Below are positions 1-9,106 of a DNA stretch of 27,818 bases, piece after piece (positions within the stretch are counted from its first letter, which is position 1; each line of letters begins with the position of its first letter). The DNA lies in NCBI GenBank assembly GCA_016765255.1, contig JAESQI010000200.1:1-27818 (forward strand). Reading direction: 5' to 3'. A program made the translations under genes and the position numbers. Below the pieces are notes generated by a model. That model saw only the letters and a list, made by a program, of their open reading frames with translations. It was not told the origin of the DNA and did no database searches. This DNA comes from Robiginitomaculum sp. (GTDB lineage: Bacteria; Pseudomonadota; Alphaproteobacteria; Caulobacterales; Maricaulaceae).

Positions 1-630
1 AGAAAGCATAACATCTGTTGCCCGTTTGATACTATCCACGAGGCTCTCTTTACAGCCGTAAAGATTATCAAATTTCGATTTGGTTACAGTGTCATTAACA
101 TTGATAGCAGGCACAACCAATTTGCCTTCTTTTTCCATTTGGTAGAGACGCATAACGCCCGTTGTTGTTTCTTCTGACAGGCCGCGTATGTCTTTCATCA
201 TGTCAGGATATTCTTTGTGCATAAGGACGGTCAAATCCCCGCCGTCATCCAAAATCATATTCGGTGTCCAGCCATCTGGCCCTTTTATAGTTGCGTGAAT
301 ACACTCCCAAAACTCTTCGTCAGTGAGACCTTTCCATGCATAGACAGGAACGCCCGTTACGGCAATGGCCGCAGCCGCTTGGTCTTGGGTTGAGAAAATA
401 TTACAAGACGACCAGCGCACAGTCGCGCCCAGAGCCGTCAAAGTTTCAATCAGAACAGCCGTTTGGATCGTCATGTGCAGACAACCTGCAATCCGTGCGC
501 CCTTTAGAGGTTTGCTGTCGCCAAATTCGGCGCGCAAAGACATAAGGCCCGGCATTTCTGTCTCGGCAATATTGATTTCTTTACGGCCCCAATCGGCAAG
601 GCTGATATCGGCTACTTTGTAATCGGTCAT
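1..630 (-). CDS. ahcY: Adenosylhomocysteinase (SAH hydrolase), N-terminal 210 codons, runs off the left edge
   Basis: Not in the ORF track. Manual translation from ATG at 630 gives [30 protein letters not shown]...[25 protein letters not shown], the characteristic AhcY N-terminus. AGGA RBS lies upstream. Confidence 0.97.
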   Translation of the reverse strand, partial: MTDYKVADISLADWGRKEINIAETEMPGLMSLRAEFGDSKPLKGARIAGCLHMTIQTAVLIETLTALGATVRWSSCNIFSTQDQAAAAIAVTGVPVYAWKGLTDEEFWECIHATIKGPDGWTPNMILDDGGDLTVLMHKEYPDMMKDIRGLSEETTTGVMRLYQMEKEGKLVVPAINVNDTVTKSKFDNLYGCKESLVDSIKRATDVMLS

Positions 631-670
631 GTGAGAGTCCTGTTGGGAGGGGAAAGTTTTTAACCAGCAG

Positions 671-699
671 GCTATAAGTTCTTTTTCCACCAAGTGCAA
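671..699 (-). promoter_or_regulatory. Candidate sigma70-type promoter of ahcY
   Basis: Minus strand reads TTGCAC (699-694), 17 nt spacer, TATAGC (676-671), about 40 nt before the ahcY ATG. Confidence 0.55.
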
Positions 700-780
700 T
701 GCCTTTTTTATTCCCCGTTCAGATAAAAAACACGCCGCCAAGCATTCACATTGGGCATTATTGCTGATACAAAACCCAAT

Positions 781-1746
781 ATGCAATCCTCTCTTCCTAT
801 TGATGTCGCCCGACGCGTTCTCCAGACCGAAATTGATGGTCTTTTGGCGCTCTCAGACAAATTGGGCGACGAGTTTTCTATGGTTGTTGACCAGCTCTCT
901 AAATTGAGCGGGCATGTAATATTAGCAGGGGTTGGGAAAAGTGGTCATGTGGCGCGTAAAATTGCAGCCACCTTGGCGTCCACTGGCACACCGTCTCTCT
1001 TCATCCATCCCACAGAAGCCAGTCACGGCGACATGGGTATGATTAAAAAAGGCGATGTTGTCATCGCCCTGTCCCGCTCAGGCGAGACACAAGAACTTGC
1101 CGATATAACCAGATTTTGCAAACGGTTTGATGTGACCCTCATCGCAATCACGTGCATGGAAAACAGCACTTTGGCAAAGGCATGTGACATATTGTTGTTA
1201 CTGCCTGACGCTGCGGAAGCGTGCAATATAACGGGAGCGCCCACAACGTCCACTATATTGCAAATGGCCTTAGGGGACGCTTTGGCAGTGGCTCTGTTGG
1301 AGTTGCGCGGGTTTACCGCTGGTGATTTTAAAACCTTTCACCCAGGCGGCAATCTCGGGGCACAACTCACATTTGCGCAAGATATTATGCATACGGGCAA
1401 CCATGTGCCGCTCGTGGGCCACGCCGCCCTCATGGATGAAGCCCTGACCATTATGAGTGATAAGGGATTTGGCTGCGTGGGGATTACAGATCAAGCAGGC
1501 CAGTTCATCGGCATGATCACAGATGGAGACATACGCCGTAACCTCCATAAGGATTTGCCTAACTTAAAGGCCAAGCACATTATGACGACAAATCCCAAAA
1601 CCGTAACCCCACAAACATTAGCGGTCGAAACCCTGAAAATCATGACGGCCTCACCGCCGAAGGTCATGCAAATATTTGTATTACTTGGTGGGGAGCCAAT
1701 TGGTATAATACATATGCATGACCTTCTGCGGGCTGGGTTGGTGTAA
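781..1746 (+). CDS. kdsD: KpsF/GutQ/KdsD family arabinose-5-phosphate isomerase (SIS domain plus tandem CBS domains)
   Basis: Motifs [48 protein letters not shown] and a C-terminal CBS pair ending [15 protein letters not shown] 781 is preferred, TTG 751 is possible. Confidence 0.92.
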   Translation: MQSSLPIDVARRVLQTEIDGLLALSDKLGDEFSMVVDQLSKLSGHVILAGVGKSGHVARKIAATLASTGTPSLFIHPTEASHGDMGMIKKGDVVIALSRSGETQELADITRFCKRFDVTLIAITCMENSTLAKACDILLLLPDAAEACNITGAPTTSTILQMALGDALAVALLELRGFTAGDFKTFHPGGNLGAQLTFAQDIMHTGNHVPLVGHAALMDEALTIMSDKGFGCVGITDQAGQFIGMITDGDIRRNLHKDLPNLKAKHIMTTNPKTVTPQTLAVETLKIMTASPPKVMQIFVLLGGEPIGIIHMHDLLRAGLV

Positions 1747-1877
1747 AATGTACACCCTCATGACCTTAAACGGTGCGAGGTGTTATTTCCGTCGGTTTTT
1801 AAAAAATAATCATGAAGGTTTAAGACTATTGCGCTTAAATAAGGCAAATTAAATCAACGCCTCTTAAAGGATAGACC

Positions 1878-3410
1878 ATGAATATGAAACCGAAATCGGT
1901 ACTCCGAGCCAATACGCTCGCCTTTGAAAATCAAGCTTTAATCAAGCCGACAGGCTTTCGCGAATATGACGCGCGGTGGTGGTTTGGCGATCATGAGAGC
2001 ATGGCAGGGGCGGGCAAAGCGCCCGAAATAAACCTATACGGTATACAGCTTTTGGGCGCGTCTCTTGGCACACTAATCCACGAGTTGGGCGTTAAACCGC
2101 AAATCGTCGTGGGCCATGATTACCGTTCTTATTCACTGTCAATCAAACAGGCTTTGATCACAGGCCTCATGAGTGCAGGTATCGAAGTTATGGACATTGG
2201 CCTCGCCCTATCTCCGACCGCCTATTTCGCTCAATTTGCATTAGACGTTGCGTGTGTGGCTATGGTGACGGCAAGCCACAATACCAATGGTTGGACAGGG
2301 GTGAAAATGGGGGTGGAAAAACCGCTAACTTTTGGCCCTGACGAAATGAGCCGCCTTAAAGAAATCGCCTTGTCTGGCAAAGCTATAAATAGAGGCGGCG
2401 GTGGATACCAAAAAATTGAAGATATGGCCGCTCTCTATATGCGAGACCTTGCCAAGGGCATTAAGATCAAACGTAAAATTCGCGTAGTCGCAGCCTGCGG
2501 GAACGGAACAGCAGGCGCATTTGCCCCCCATGTTTTGAGTAAAATTGGTGTCGAAGTCATTCCCGTTCAGTGCGAGCTTGATCATAATTTCCCCGCCTAT
2601 AACCCCAACCCTGAAGATATGAAAATGCTCCATGCGATGCGCGACGCGGTGCTAGAACACAAAGCAGACCTCGCCGTTGGTTTTGACGGCGACGGAGACC
2701 GATGCGGCGTGGTTGATAATGAAGGCGAAGAAATATTTGCTGATAAAGTCGGGGTGATGCTGGCCCGTGATCTCTCGGCAAAGTTTAAAAACGCGCAATT
2801 TGTCGCCGACGTGAAATCAACGGGGCTTTATGCCACGGATCCCGTCTTGATGGCTAACGGCGCAAAAACCGATTATTACAAAACTGGTCATTCCTATATT
2901 AAGCGCCGTTCCAAGGAACTCGGCGCTCTGGTCGGGTTTGAAAAATCAGGTCATTATTTCTTTAACGCCCCCATTGGACGGGGTTATGACGACGGGATAT
3001 TATCCGCCATCGCCATTTTGCAAATGCTCGATAATAACCCAGACAAATCCATGGCTGATTTACGCCGCGCCCTGCCCAAAACATGGGGCAGCCCGACCAT
3101 GTCGCCCTATTGTGATGATGAGAAAAAATACGGCGTGGTCGATAAGGTTATCGCTGAATATCAAAAAGCTTTTAAAGACGGGGACAAATTACTTGGCCAA
3201 TCCATTCGTGATGTCAACACCGTCAACGGGGTGCGGGTCACCTTAGAGGACGGCACATGGGGCCTCGTGCGCGCCTCTTCCAACACCCCCAATCTGGTCG
3301 TGGTCGTGGAAAGCCCGACAAGTGAGACCAACAAAACCAACATGTTTCGCGAAATCGAAACCAGACTCGCCAAATACGAAGACGTTGGCGAGTATGACCA
3401 AAAAATTTGA
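1878..3410 (+). CDS. Phosphomannomutase/phosphoglucomutase (alpha-D-phosphohexomutase)
   Basis: FREYDAR N-terminus, phosphoserine loop TASHN, metal loop FDGDGDR, sugar loop GFEKSGH, C-terminal VRASSNTP. AGGA RBS upstream. Confidence 0.93.
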   Translation: MNMKPKSVLRANTLAFENQALIKPTGFREYDARWWFGDHESMAGAGKAPEINLYGIQLLGASLGTLIHELGVKPQIVVGHDYRSYSLSIKQALITGLMSAGIEVMDIGLALSPTAYFAQFALDVACVAMVTASHNTNGWTGVKMGVEKPLTFGPDEMSRLKEIALSGKAINRGGGGYQKIEDMAALYMRDLAKGIKIKRKIRVVAACGNGTAGAFAPHVLSKIGVEVIPVQCELDHNFPAYNPNPEDMKMLHAMRDAVLEHKADLAVGFDGDGDRCGVVDNEGEEIFADKVGVMLARDLSAKFKNAQFVADVKSTGLYATDPVLMANGAKTDYYKTGHSYIKRRSKELGALVGFEKSGHYFFNAPIGRGYDDGILSAIAILQMLDNNPDKSMADLRRALPKTWGSPTMSPYCDDEKKYGVVDKVIAEYQKAFKDGDKLLGQSIRDVNTVNGVRVTLEDGTWGLVRASSNTPNLVVVVESPTSETNKTNMFREIETRLAKYEDVGEYDQKI

Positions 3411-3425
3411 GGTTTGCAAAAAATA

Positions 3426-3758
3426 ATGAACAGTTTATTTATTTACGGAACCTTGGCGCCCGGGGAAGAAAACGCCCATATTATGGACGGCATGGTCGGC
3501 ATTTGGACACAGGCCAGTGTGCGCGGCAAACGTTTTAATATCGGATGGGGGGTGCATAGCGGTCATCCTGGCCTCATACCTGACCAAGAGGGTGTAGTGG
3601 TGAACGGGCTTATTTTTACCTCCAAAGACCTACCCGCACATTGGGACAGACTCGATACATTCGAAGGCAAAGACTATAAACGCGTCATGATTATGGCCAC
3701 ATTAGAAAATGGCGATAAGGTGAAAACACAAATCTATAGCGTATTGAGCCGAGATTAA
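3426..3758 (+). CDS. Gamma-glutamylcyclotransferase (GGCT/AIG2-like) family protein
   Basis: LFIYGTL strand-loop at the N-terminus and LDTFEG..Y.R motif typical of the GGCT-like fold. ATG 3426 is preferred over TTG 3414. The stop shares TTAA with glmM. Confidence 0.8.
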   Translation: MNSLFIYGTLAPGEENAHIMDGMVGIWTQASVRGKRFNIGWGVHSGHPGLIPDQEGVVVNGLIFTSKDLPAHWDRLDTFEGKDYKRVMIMATLENGDKVKTQIYSVLSRD

Positions 3759-5104
3759 AGCGCGTTTTCGATAACGCCTACTAAGCCATCTGTCACACTT
3801 TGCACGGCGGCAAAATCATCGCCTTCTGCCATAACGCGAATCAGAGGTTCGGTGCCTGACGCTCGTACTAAGATACGCCCGCTCCTGCCCATTTGCGCAT
3901 GTGCGTCTTTGATGGCAGATTGTACGCTTTTAATCTCAAGCGGGTTTTGGCCTGAATATCGTACATTTTTGAGAAGCTGCGGTACTGCCGTGAATAAATC
4001 TAGCACTTCACTGGCGGGTTTATCTTTGCGGATAATTTCGGCCAAAACCTGTAGGGCAGCAATTGTACCGTCCCCTGTCGGAGAAAAATCTGTCATCAAT
4101 ATATGCCCTGATTGCTCTCCGCCGACATTATATCCATCTTGTCGCATACGGGCAGCCACATAACGGTCGCCAACATCTGTGCGGATCAGTTCCAGTTTTT
4201 CATCCCCCAATCGCCGTTCAAGACCAAGGTTTGACATCACGGTCGCCACAATGCCGTTTCTTGACAGGCGGTTTGTTTGCTTCCAACCGATAGCCATGAG
4301 GGCCAATAATTGATCCCCGTCAACGATTTTACCTTTCTCGTCGCACATGATCAGACGGTCAGCGTCCCCGTCCAGAGCAATACCTATATCGGCTTTGTGT
4401 TCAAGCACGGCTTTTGACAAAGCATCCGTATGGGTTGAACCACATAATGCATTTATATTGGTACCGTCAGGATCCGTGCCAATGGTGATCACTTCACTCG
4501 CCCCCAATTCCCAGAGGGTTGCGGGCGCGGTTTTATAGGCAGCGCCATTGGCGCAATCAAGGACAATCCTAAGACCGTTGAGTGTAATGCGGCGCGGAAA
4601 TGTGGCTTTGACAATTTCGATATAGCGAGCTTGCGCATTATCATAGCGCTTTGCACGACCCAGATTGGCGCCCGTGGCCAGCCCCTCTTCCAAGCCTTGC
4701 TGCATCAATTTTTCGATTTCTGCTTCGGCACTATCTGAGAGCTTTTTCCCGTCAGGGCCGAAAAATTTAATGCCGTTATCATGAAATTTGTTATGGGACG
4801 CGGTGATCATAACGCCCAAATCTGCGCGTAAGGAACGGGTCATCATGGATACACCTGGCGTTGGCAATGGGCCGAATAGGCGTACATCCATCCCCACAGC
4901 CGTAAAACCAGCCACCAATGCAGGTTCAATCATATAGCCCGATAAGCGGGTATCTTTGCCAATCACCACGCTATGGCGGCGACCATTTTCGCGCATGAAA
5001 TATTTTCCAGCCGCCATCCCTAGTTTGAGGACGTTTTGCGGTTCCATGACGCCGCTATTGGCAAGGCCGCGTACACCATCAGTGCCGAAAAATTTCTTGC
5101 CCAT
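3755..5104 (-). CDS. glmM: Phosphoglucosamine mutase
   Basis: [59 protein letters not shown] upstream. Confidence 0.97.
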   Translation of the reverse strand: MGKKFFGTDGVRGLANSGVMEPQNVLKLGMAAGKYFMRENGRRHSVVIGKDTRLSGYMIEPALVAGFTAVGMDVRLFGPLPTPGVSMMTRSLRADLGVMITASHNKFHDNGIKFFGPDGKKLSDSAEAEIEKLMQQGLEEGLATGANLGRAKRYDNAQARYIEIVKATFPRRITLNGLRIVLDCANGAAYKTAPATLWELGASEVITIGTDPDGTNINALCGSTHTDALSKAVLEHKADIGIALDGDADRLIMCDEKGKIVDGDQLLALMAIGWKQTNRLSRNGIVATVMSNLGLERRLGDEKLELIRTDVGDRYVAARMRQDGYNVGGEQSGHILMTDFSPTGDGTIAALQVLAEIIRKDKPASEVLDLFTAVPQLLKNVRYSGQNPLEIKSVQSAIKDAHAQMGRSGRILVRASGTEPLIRVMAEGDDFAAVQSVTDGLVGVIENAL

Positions 5105-5298
5105 GATTTCCCTCTTAACGCTTATAAAAAAGACATGCTATTATTTTACCGTGCTTTAGTAATTGATTTATATCATGCAAATTTTAGGCCATACTATAAA
5201 TTTTTATACACTGTATTTTAGAATTTTTGGTATATATATTTGATTTACGCCGTATTCTAAAGGTAAGCGTACAAAAATAATACAAATAAAGGGCATTT

Positions 5299-7143
5299 AT
5301 GTGCGGAATTATTGGAATAGCAGGAACTCAACCCGTTACAGACCGTTTGGTTGAAGGCCTAAAGAGGTTAGAATACCGTGGGTATGATAGTGCAGGCATT
5401 GCCGTCATTGAAAAACTGGGCCAACAAACACAGTTGATACGCCGCCGCGCCAAGGGAAAAATAGTCAATCTTGAAAAACAGATTGAGCTTGAACCAGCCG
5501 ACGGTATGCTCGGGATTGCCCACACACGGTGGGCCACCCACGGCGCGCCAAATGAAACCAACGCCCATCCTCATTTTGCGGGCCGCGTTGGACTGGTGCA
5601 CAACGGCATCATCGAAAATTTCACCAGTTTGCGCGAGGATCTTAAATCTAGCCGCACATTTGTGACGGAAACGGACACAGAAGTTGTCGCCCACCTAATC
5701 GACGAGGCGATGAAATCGGGCCTGTCTGGCAAAGATGCATTTGCCCAATCCTTAAAGAAATTAACTGGAGCCTTTGCCCTTGGCGTCATTATTGACGGGG
5801 TGGACGGGCAATTATTTGCGGCGCGCAGGGGCAGTCCGCTTGCCATCGGATTGGGCGAGAATGAAAACTATATTGGGTCTGACGCTATCGCCCTCGCCTC
5901 GCTTTCGACCCGTATTATTTATTTGGAAGAAGGCGATTGGGCCGTGATTACAACGGACAGTGTTGAAATATTTGACGCCGATGATAACCCCGTTAAACGT
6001 GATATTACGATTGTAACAGGCAGTTTGGCGGCGGCAGAAAAAGGCAATTACCGCCATTTCATGCTCAAAGAAATTTACGAGCAACCCGAATCCGTCTCCC
6101 ACACGCTGACCCATTATGTAGATGCCTTTAACCACAAGATTAAAACCACAAAACAGTTAAAGCTATCTGGACTTGATTTCAAAGACATTGAACGGGTCAG
6201 TCTTGTGGCCTGCGGCACGGCTGCTTACGCCGCCTATGTGGCAAAATACTGGTTTGAGCAAATCGCGAACCTCCCTGTTGATGTGGATATTGCGTCGGAA
6301 TTTCGCTACCGTAAACCTGCTTTGATTAAAAACTCTATTACAATGGTTGTCTCTCAATCAGGCGAAACAGCAGATACACTGGCCGCCCTGCGCTATGCTC
6401 AGCAAAAAGGCTTACAAACCGCCGCCCTTGTCAATGTGATGAATTCTACCATGGGACGTGAAGCAGATTTTGCTTTGCCGATCAATGCAGGGCCAGAAAT
6501 AGGTGTGGCGTCAACAAAAGCATTTACCTCACAACTGACCGCCCTCTTGTCACTTGCCATTTGCGCAGGTGTCGAGCGCGGGCATATTAACGCCGCGCAG
6601 GAACGAGGCCTCATCGAAGCCTTAACCCAAATGCCTCGCCTCATTGCCGAGACCCTCACCTTGGATAGCGAAATCGAAACATTGGCCCATGATCTCTCCA
6701 AGGCCAAAAATGCATTTTATTTGGGTAGAGGTTTACATTTCCCCTTGGCCCTCGAAGGCGCACTCAAACTTAAGGAAATTTCTTATGTCCACGCGGAAGG
6801 GTATGCGGCTGGCGAATTAAAACACGGCCCCATTGCCTTGATCGAAGAAGGCACGCCCGTTATCGTGATTGCGCCTACGGACGAATTGTTTGAAAAAACT
6901 GTATCCAATATGCAAGAAGTCTCAACGCGGGGCGCGAAAATTTTGCTGATCACCGACAAAGAGGGCGCGCTCAAAACCAAAGGCATGGCCGACGCGACGC
7001 TGATATGTCCAGAGGTGAGTGTTGAAACCGCGCCGATTGTCTACGCAGTCACCATCCAGCTCCTCGCCTATCACGCCGCCGTGCATTTGGGGACGGATGT
7101 GGATCAGCCCCGTAATTTGGCCAAATCAGTTACGGTTGAATAA
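5299..7143 (+). CDS. glmS: Glutamine--fructose-6-phosphate aminotransferase (isomerizing)
   Basis: N-terminal MCGIIG nucleophile, LEYRGYDSAG, HTRWATHG, SQSGETADT, GVASTKAF, C-terminal DVDQPRNLAKSVTVE. Confidence 0.98.
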   Translation: MCGIIGIAGTQPVTDRLVEGLKRLEYRGYDSAGIAVIEKLGQQTQLIRRRAKGKIVNLEKQIELEPADGMLGIAHTRWATHGAPNETNAHPHFAGRVGLVHNGIIENFTSLREDLKSSRTFVTETDTEVVAHLIDEAMKSGLSGKDAFAQSLKKLTGAFALGVIIDGVDGQLFAARRGSPLAIGLGENENYIGSDAIALASLSTRIIYLEEGDWAVITTDSVEIFDADDNPVKRDITIVTGSLAAAEKGNYRHFMLKEIYEQPESVSHTLTHYVDAFNHKIKTTKQLKLSGLDFKDIERVSLVACGTAAYAAYVAKYWFEQIANLPVDVDIASEFRYRKPALIKNSITMVVSQSGETADTLAALRYAQQKGLQTAALVNVMNSTMGREADFALPINAGPEIGVASTKAFTSQLTALLSLAICAGVERGHINAAQERGLIEALTQMPRLIAETLTLDSEIETLAHDLSKAKNAFYLGRGLHFPLALEGALKLKEISYVHAEGYAAGELKHGPIALIEEGTPVIVIAPTDELFEKTVSNMQEVSTRGAKILLITDKEGALKTKGMADATLICPEVSVETAPIVYAVTIQLLAYHAAVHLGTDVDQPRNLAKSVTVE

Positions 7144-7365
7144 GCGCCTCCACGCACGGTATTCGCAGGCCATAAAACTTTTATTTCCTGAAATGATCCA
7201 GAACATAATGATCATGGACGGTATAAAGACCAACAGATCAACCACTTTGAACGGCATGTTAAAGGGTTCCAATATGTCTGGGCCGACGATCATCCATGCG
7301 GCTGCTAATATTGAGCCCCCTATAATCATAAAGGCTGACTTGTTTCTATTTGATTGTTTACGCAT
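7126..7365 (-). CDS. Small two-helix membrane protein of unknown function (79 aa)
   Basis: ATG 7365 with AAGGAG RBS overlaps the XRE stop (ATGCGTAA). Basic N-terminus followed by two hydrophobic segments. Last gene of a coupled operon. Confidence 0.65.
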   Translation of the reverse strand: MRKQSNRNKSAFMIIGGSILAAAWMIVGPDILEPFNMPFKVVDLLVFIPSMIIMFWIISGNKSFMACEYRAWRRLFNRN

Positions 7366-7567
7366 TCTCTTCTCCTTTATCATCTTCAAAAATTTCTTCT
7401 ATTGCCCGCTCAAACAGGCGGGATATTTTAAAGGCTAATGGCAAAGACGGATCATAACGCCCTTTTTCTAAAGCATTTATAGTTTGCCGCGAGACATTGA
7501 GTTTCTCCCCAAGTACCGCTTGGCTCCAATCGCGTTCGGCGCGCAATACTTTTAAAATATTTTTCAC
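7358..7567 (-). CDS. XRE/Cro-CI family helix-turn-helix transcriptional regulator
   Basis: KNILKVLRAERDWSQAVLGEKLNVSRQTINALEKGRYDPSLPLAFKI is a typical HTH_3. GTG 7567 overlaps the upstream TGA (GTGA). GTG 7573 is an alternative start. Confidence 0.93.
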   Translation of the reverse strand: MKNILKVLRAERDWSQAVLGEKLNVSRQTINALEKGRYDPSLPLAFKISRLFERAIEEIFEDDKGEENA

Positions 7568-7989
7568 GGACACCCACCTTTGAGGCCCGCTTTTTTATTA
7601 AGGACAAATGAGGCTATCCCGTAAGCAAAGTAGAACCCAGGTCCTGCAAAAAATATAGGGATACGCGGCACATCAGTCATCAGCTCCATGAGCCCCCAGC
7701 CACTTGCAAAAGCTGTAACGATCATCAAGCCAATCATCATCGCTTCGGTTTGAATGGCTCGTAAATACTCGTCTAGTTCTTTCACATAGCGCCACTGGGC
7801 CCACATCCATACAAATATGGCCAGCACGGGGATAAGGGTTAAAATATAAATCGCGTTAGTTGGAAAAAACGGCTTTCCCTCTGCCCATGAAATTACAAAC
7901 ACACCGACCAGATAGACAATCACGGCTGGAATAAAGAGTCGGAAATAGCGTTTAGCCGCTTGTTTATGATGATCCATTTTTGGCTCCAT
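7564..7989 (-). CDS. Conserved membrane protein of unknown function (about 4 TM helices)
   Basis: Four hydrophobic segments with a polar loop ..LDEYLRAIQTEA.. of the type usually found next to HTH_3 genes. TAATG coupling to the hydrolase. Confidence 0.75.
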   Translation of the reverse strand: MEPKMDHHKQAAKRYFRLFIPAVIVYLVGVFVISWAEGKPFFPTNAIYILTLIPVLAIFVWMWAQWRYVKELDEYLRAIQTEAMMIGLMIVTAFASGWGLMELMTDVPRIPIFFAGPGFYFAYGIASFVLNKKAGLKGGCP

Positions 7990-8954
7990 TACTTAAGGGT
8001 TAAAGCCGTTTGCACGGCGGTTAAAAATTCTTCTGGCTGGTCTTTCATAATGAAATGAAAGCTGTCTTCAATACGCGTCAACTCCACATGGGGGAGACCA
8101 CTATATTGAGACGTGTAAAAACTCTCCATTTGCGCGGCTGGCATGCCCATCACCTCGTCCCAAGCATAAATCACATGCACATTTGTTGTAACATCGCTTA
8201 AATGTGGACGCATATCATCCGTCATTAAATTATGGACTGCATTTGCCATAACGCTGCGGTCTGACGCCAATGACCAGACTAGAATATCTTTCTGTGCGTC
8301 CGCTTTTTTTGACATGCGGCCAACGGACTGCTTTTGCATACGCTCAAAACCTTGAGCGTCACTTCCCATGATTATATCTCTAAAACTGTCCGCTTGCGGG
8401 GCCGCAGTCTCAGTAGTCGCGGCGGGGTTAAATATGGTTGGGTAAAACGGCAACGCATCGACAATGATAATTTTATCCAACGAAACCGCGTCACTATGTG
8501 CCAGTTTCAGGGCGGTAAATCCCCCCATTGAATGCCCCATGAGGGTAACATTTTGCAGATTTTTCTCCTTTATATACATCGTCAGGTTTTTGGTGAGACC
8601 ATTTATTACCTGATCACTTCCCTGCTTTGGAGAGGGTGTACCCGCAAATCCTGAAACATCGACAATATGCAAATTATGGGTTTGTGCCAAATTCGCAATG
8701 ACGCCGTCCCACACTTTTGACGACGATACGAGACCGGGAATTAAAATTAAGTTTGGCGCATTTGCTGTGTCGGAGGGGATCAGCCGCACATTAAGCCAAT
8801 TTGCCGTATAATCATAACGCGACTCTATGTTTTGCTCAAGTGTTTGAATTTCTGGCGCTACCTTTGCGCTCTGATCAACACCAGCAGGCCCGCATGCAAC
8901 CATGCCAAGCAGCGCACTTGTGAGGCATATATTTTTTAATCCATTTTTACTCAT
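7989..8954 (-). CDS. Alpha/beta-fold hydrolase, predicted lipoprotein
   Basis: Lipobox-like LLGMVA-C, oxyanion LIPGL, nucleophile GHSMGG, catalytic His in SFHFIM. Confidence 0.9.
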   Translation of the reverse strand: MSKNGLKNICLTSALLGMVACGPAGVDQSAKVAPEIQTLEQNIESRYDYTANWLNVRLIPSDTANAPNLILIPGLVSSSKVWDGVIANLAQTHNLHIVDVSGFAGTPSPKQGSDQVINGLTKNLTMYIKEKNLQNVTLMGHSMGGFTALKLAHSDAVSLDKIIIVDALPFYPTIFNPAATTETAAPQADSFRDIIMGSDAQGFERMQKQSVGRMSKKADAQKDILVWSLASDRSVMANAVHNLMTDDMRPHLSDVTTNVHVIYAWDEVMGMPAAQMESFYTSQYSGLPHVELTRIEDSFHFIMKDQPEEFLTAVQTALTLK

Positions 8955-8973
8955 TTTATTGTCTCTCTATTTG

Positions 8974-9028
8974 TGTCAAGTTAGCTTTACATAGAGCAAG
9001 ATTTTATATATGTCAAGCATCCTTTCCA
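8974..9028. promoter_or_regulatory. Two 18-bp imperfect palindromes (candidate XRE operators) overlapping a TTGACA-N17-TATGTA promoter of the hydrolase operon
   Basis: 8974-8991 TGTCAAG-TTAG-CTTTACA and 9011-9028 TGTCAAG-CATC-CTTTCCA, plus a half site CTTTACA at 9043-9049. Minus-strand -35 TTGACA at 9016-9011 and -10 TATGTA at 8993-8988. Confidence 0.7.
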
Positions 9029-9106
9029 TTATATCTGGTATACTTTACACACTGTGATCACGAAAATTTGTATGACGCAGCATGGTTTTTTGCGGTAGGT
9101 AGAGAC

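Noticed and set aside
336-622. Plus-strand ORFs 336..545 and 365..622
   Set aside because: Antisense shadows of ahcY, which is clearly recognisable on the minus strand.
631-750. SAH or SAM-SAH riboswitch upstream of ahcY
   Set aside because: No recognisable conserved blocks, and the predicted leader is only about 35 nt.
1799-1867. Repeated TTAA upstream of the PMM/PGM gene as CtrA sites
   Set aside because: Spacers are 10-11 nt, not the TTAA-N7-TTAA of CtrA, and TTAA is common in AT-rich spacers.
5105-5298. glmS ribozyme or NagC-type operator upstream of glmS
   Set aside because: The region is too AT-rich and unstructured for the ribozyme, which is mainly Gram-positive. The 23-nt dyad TTTGATTTACGCCGTATTCTAAA matches itself too weakly to call.
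7019-7438. Plus-strand ORF of 139 aa
   Set aside because: Overlaps glmS out of frame and is antisense to two better-supported genes. No RBS or family features.
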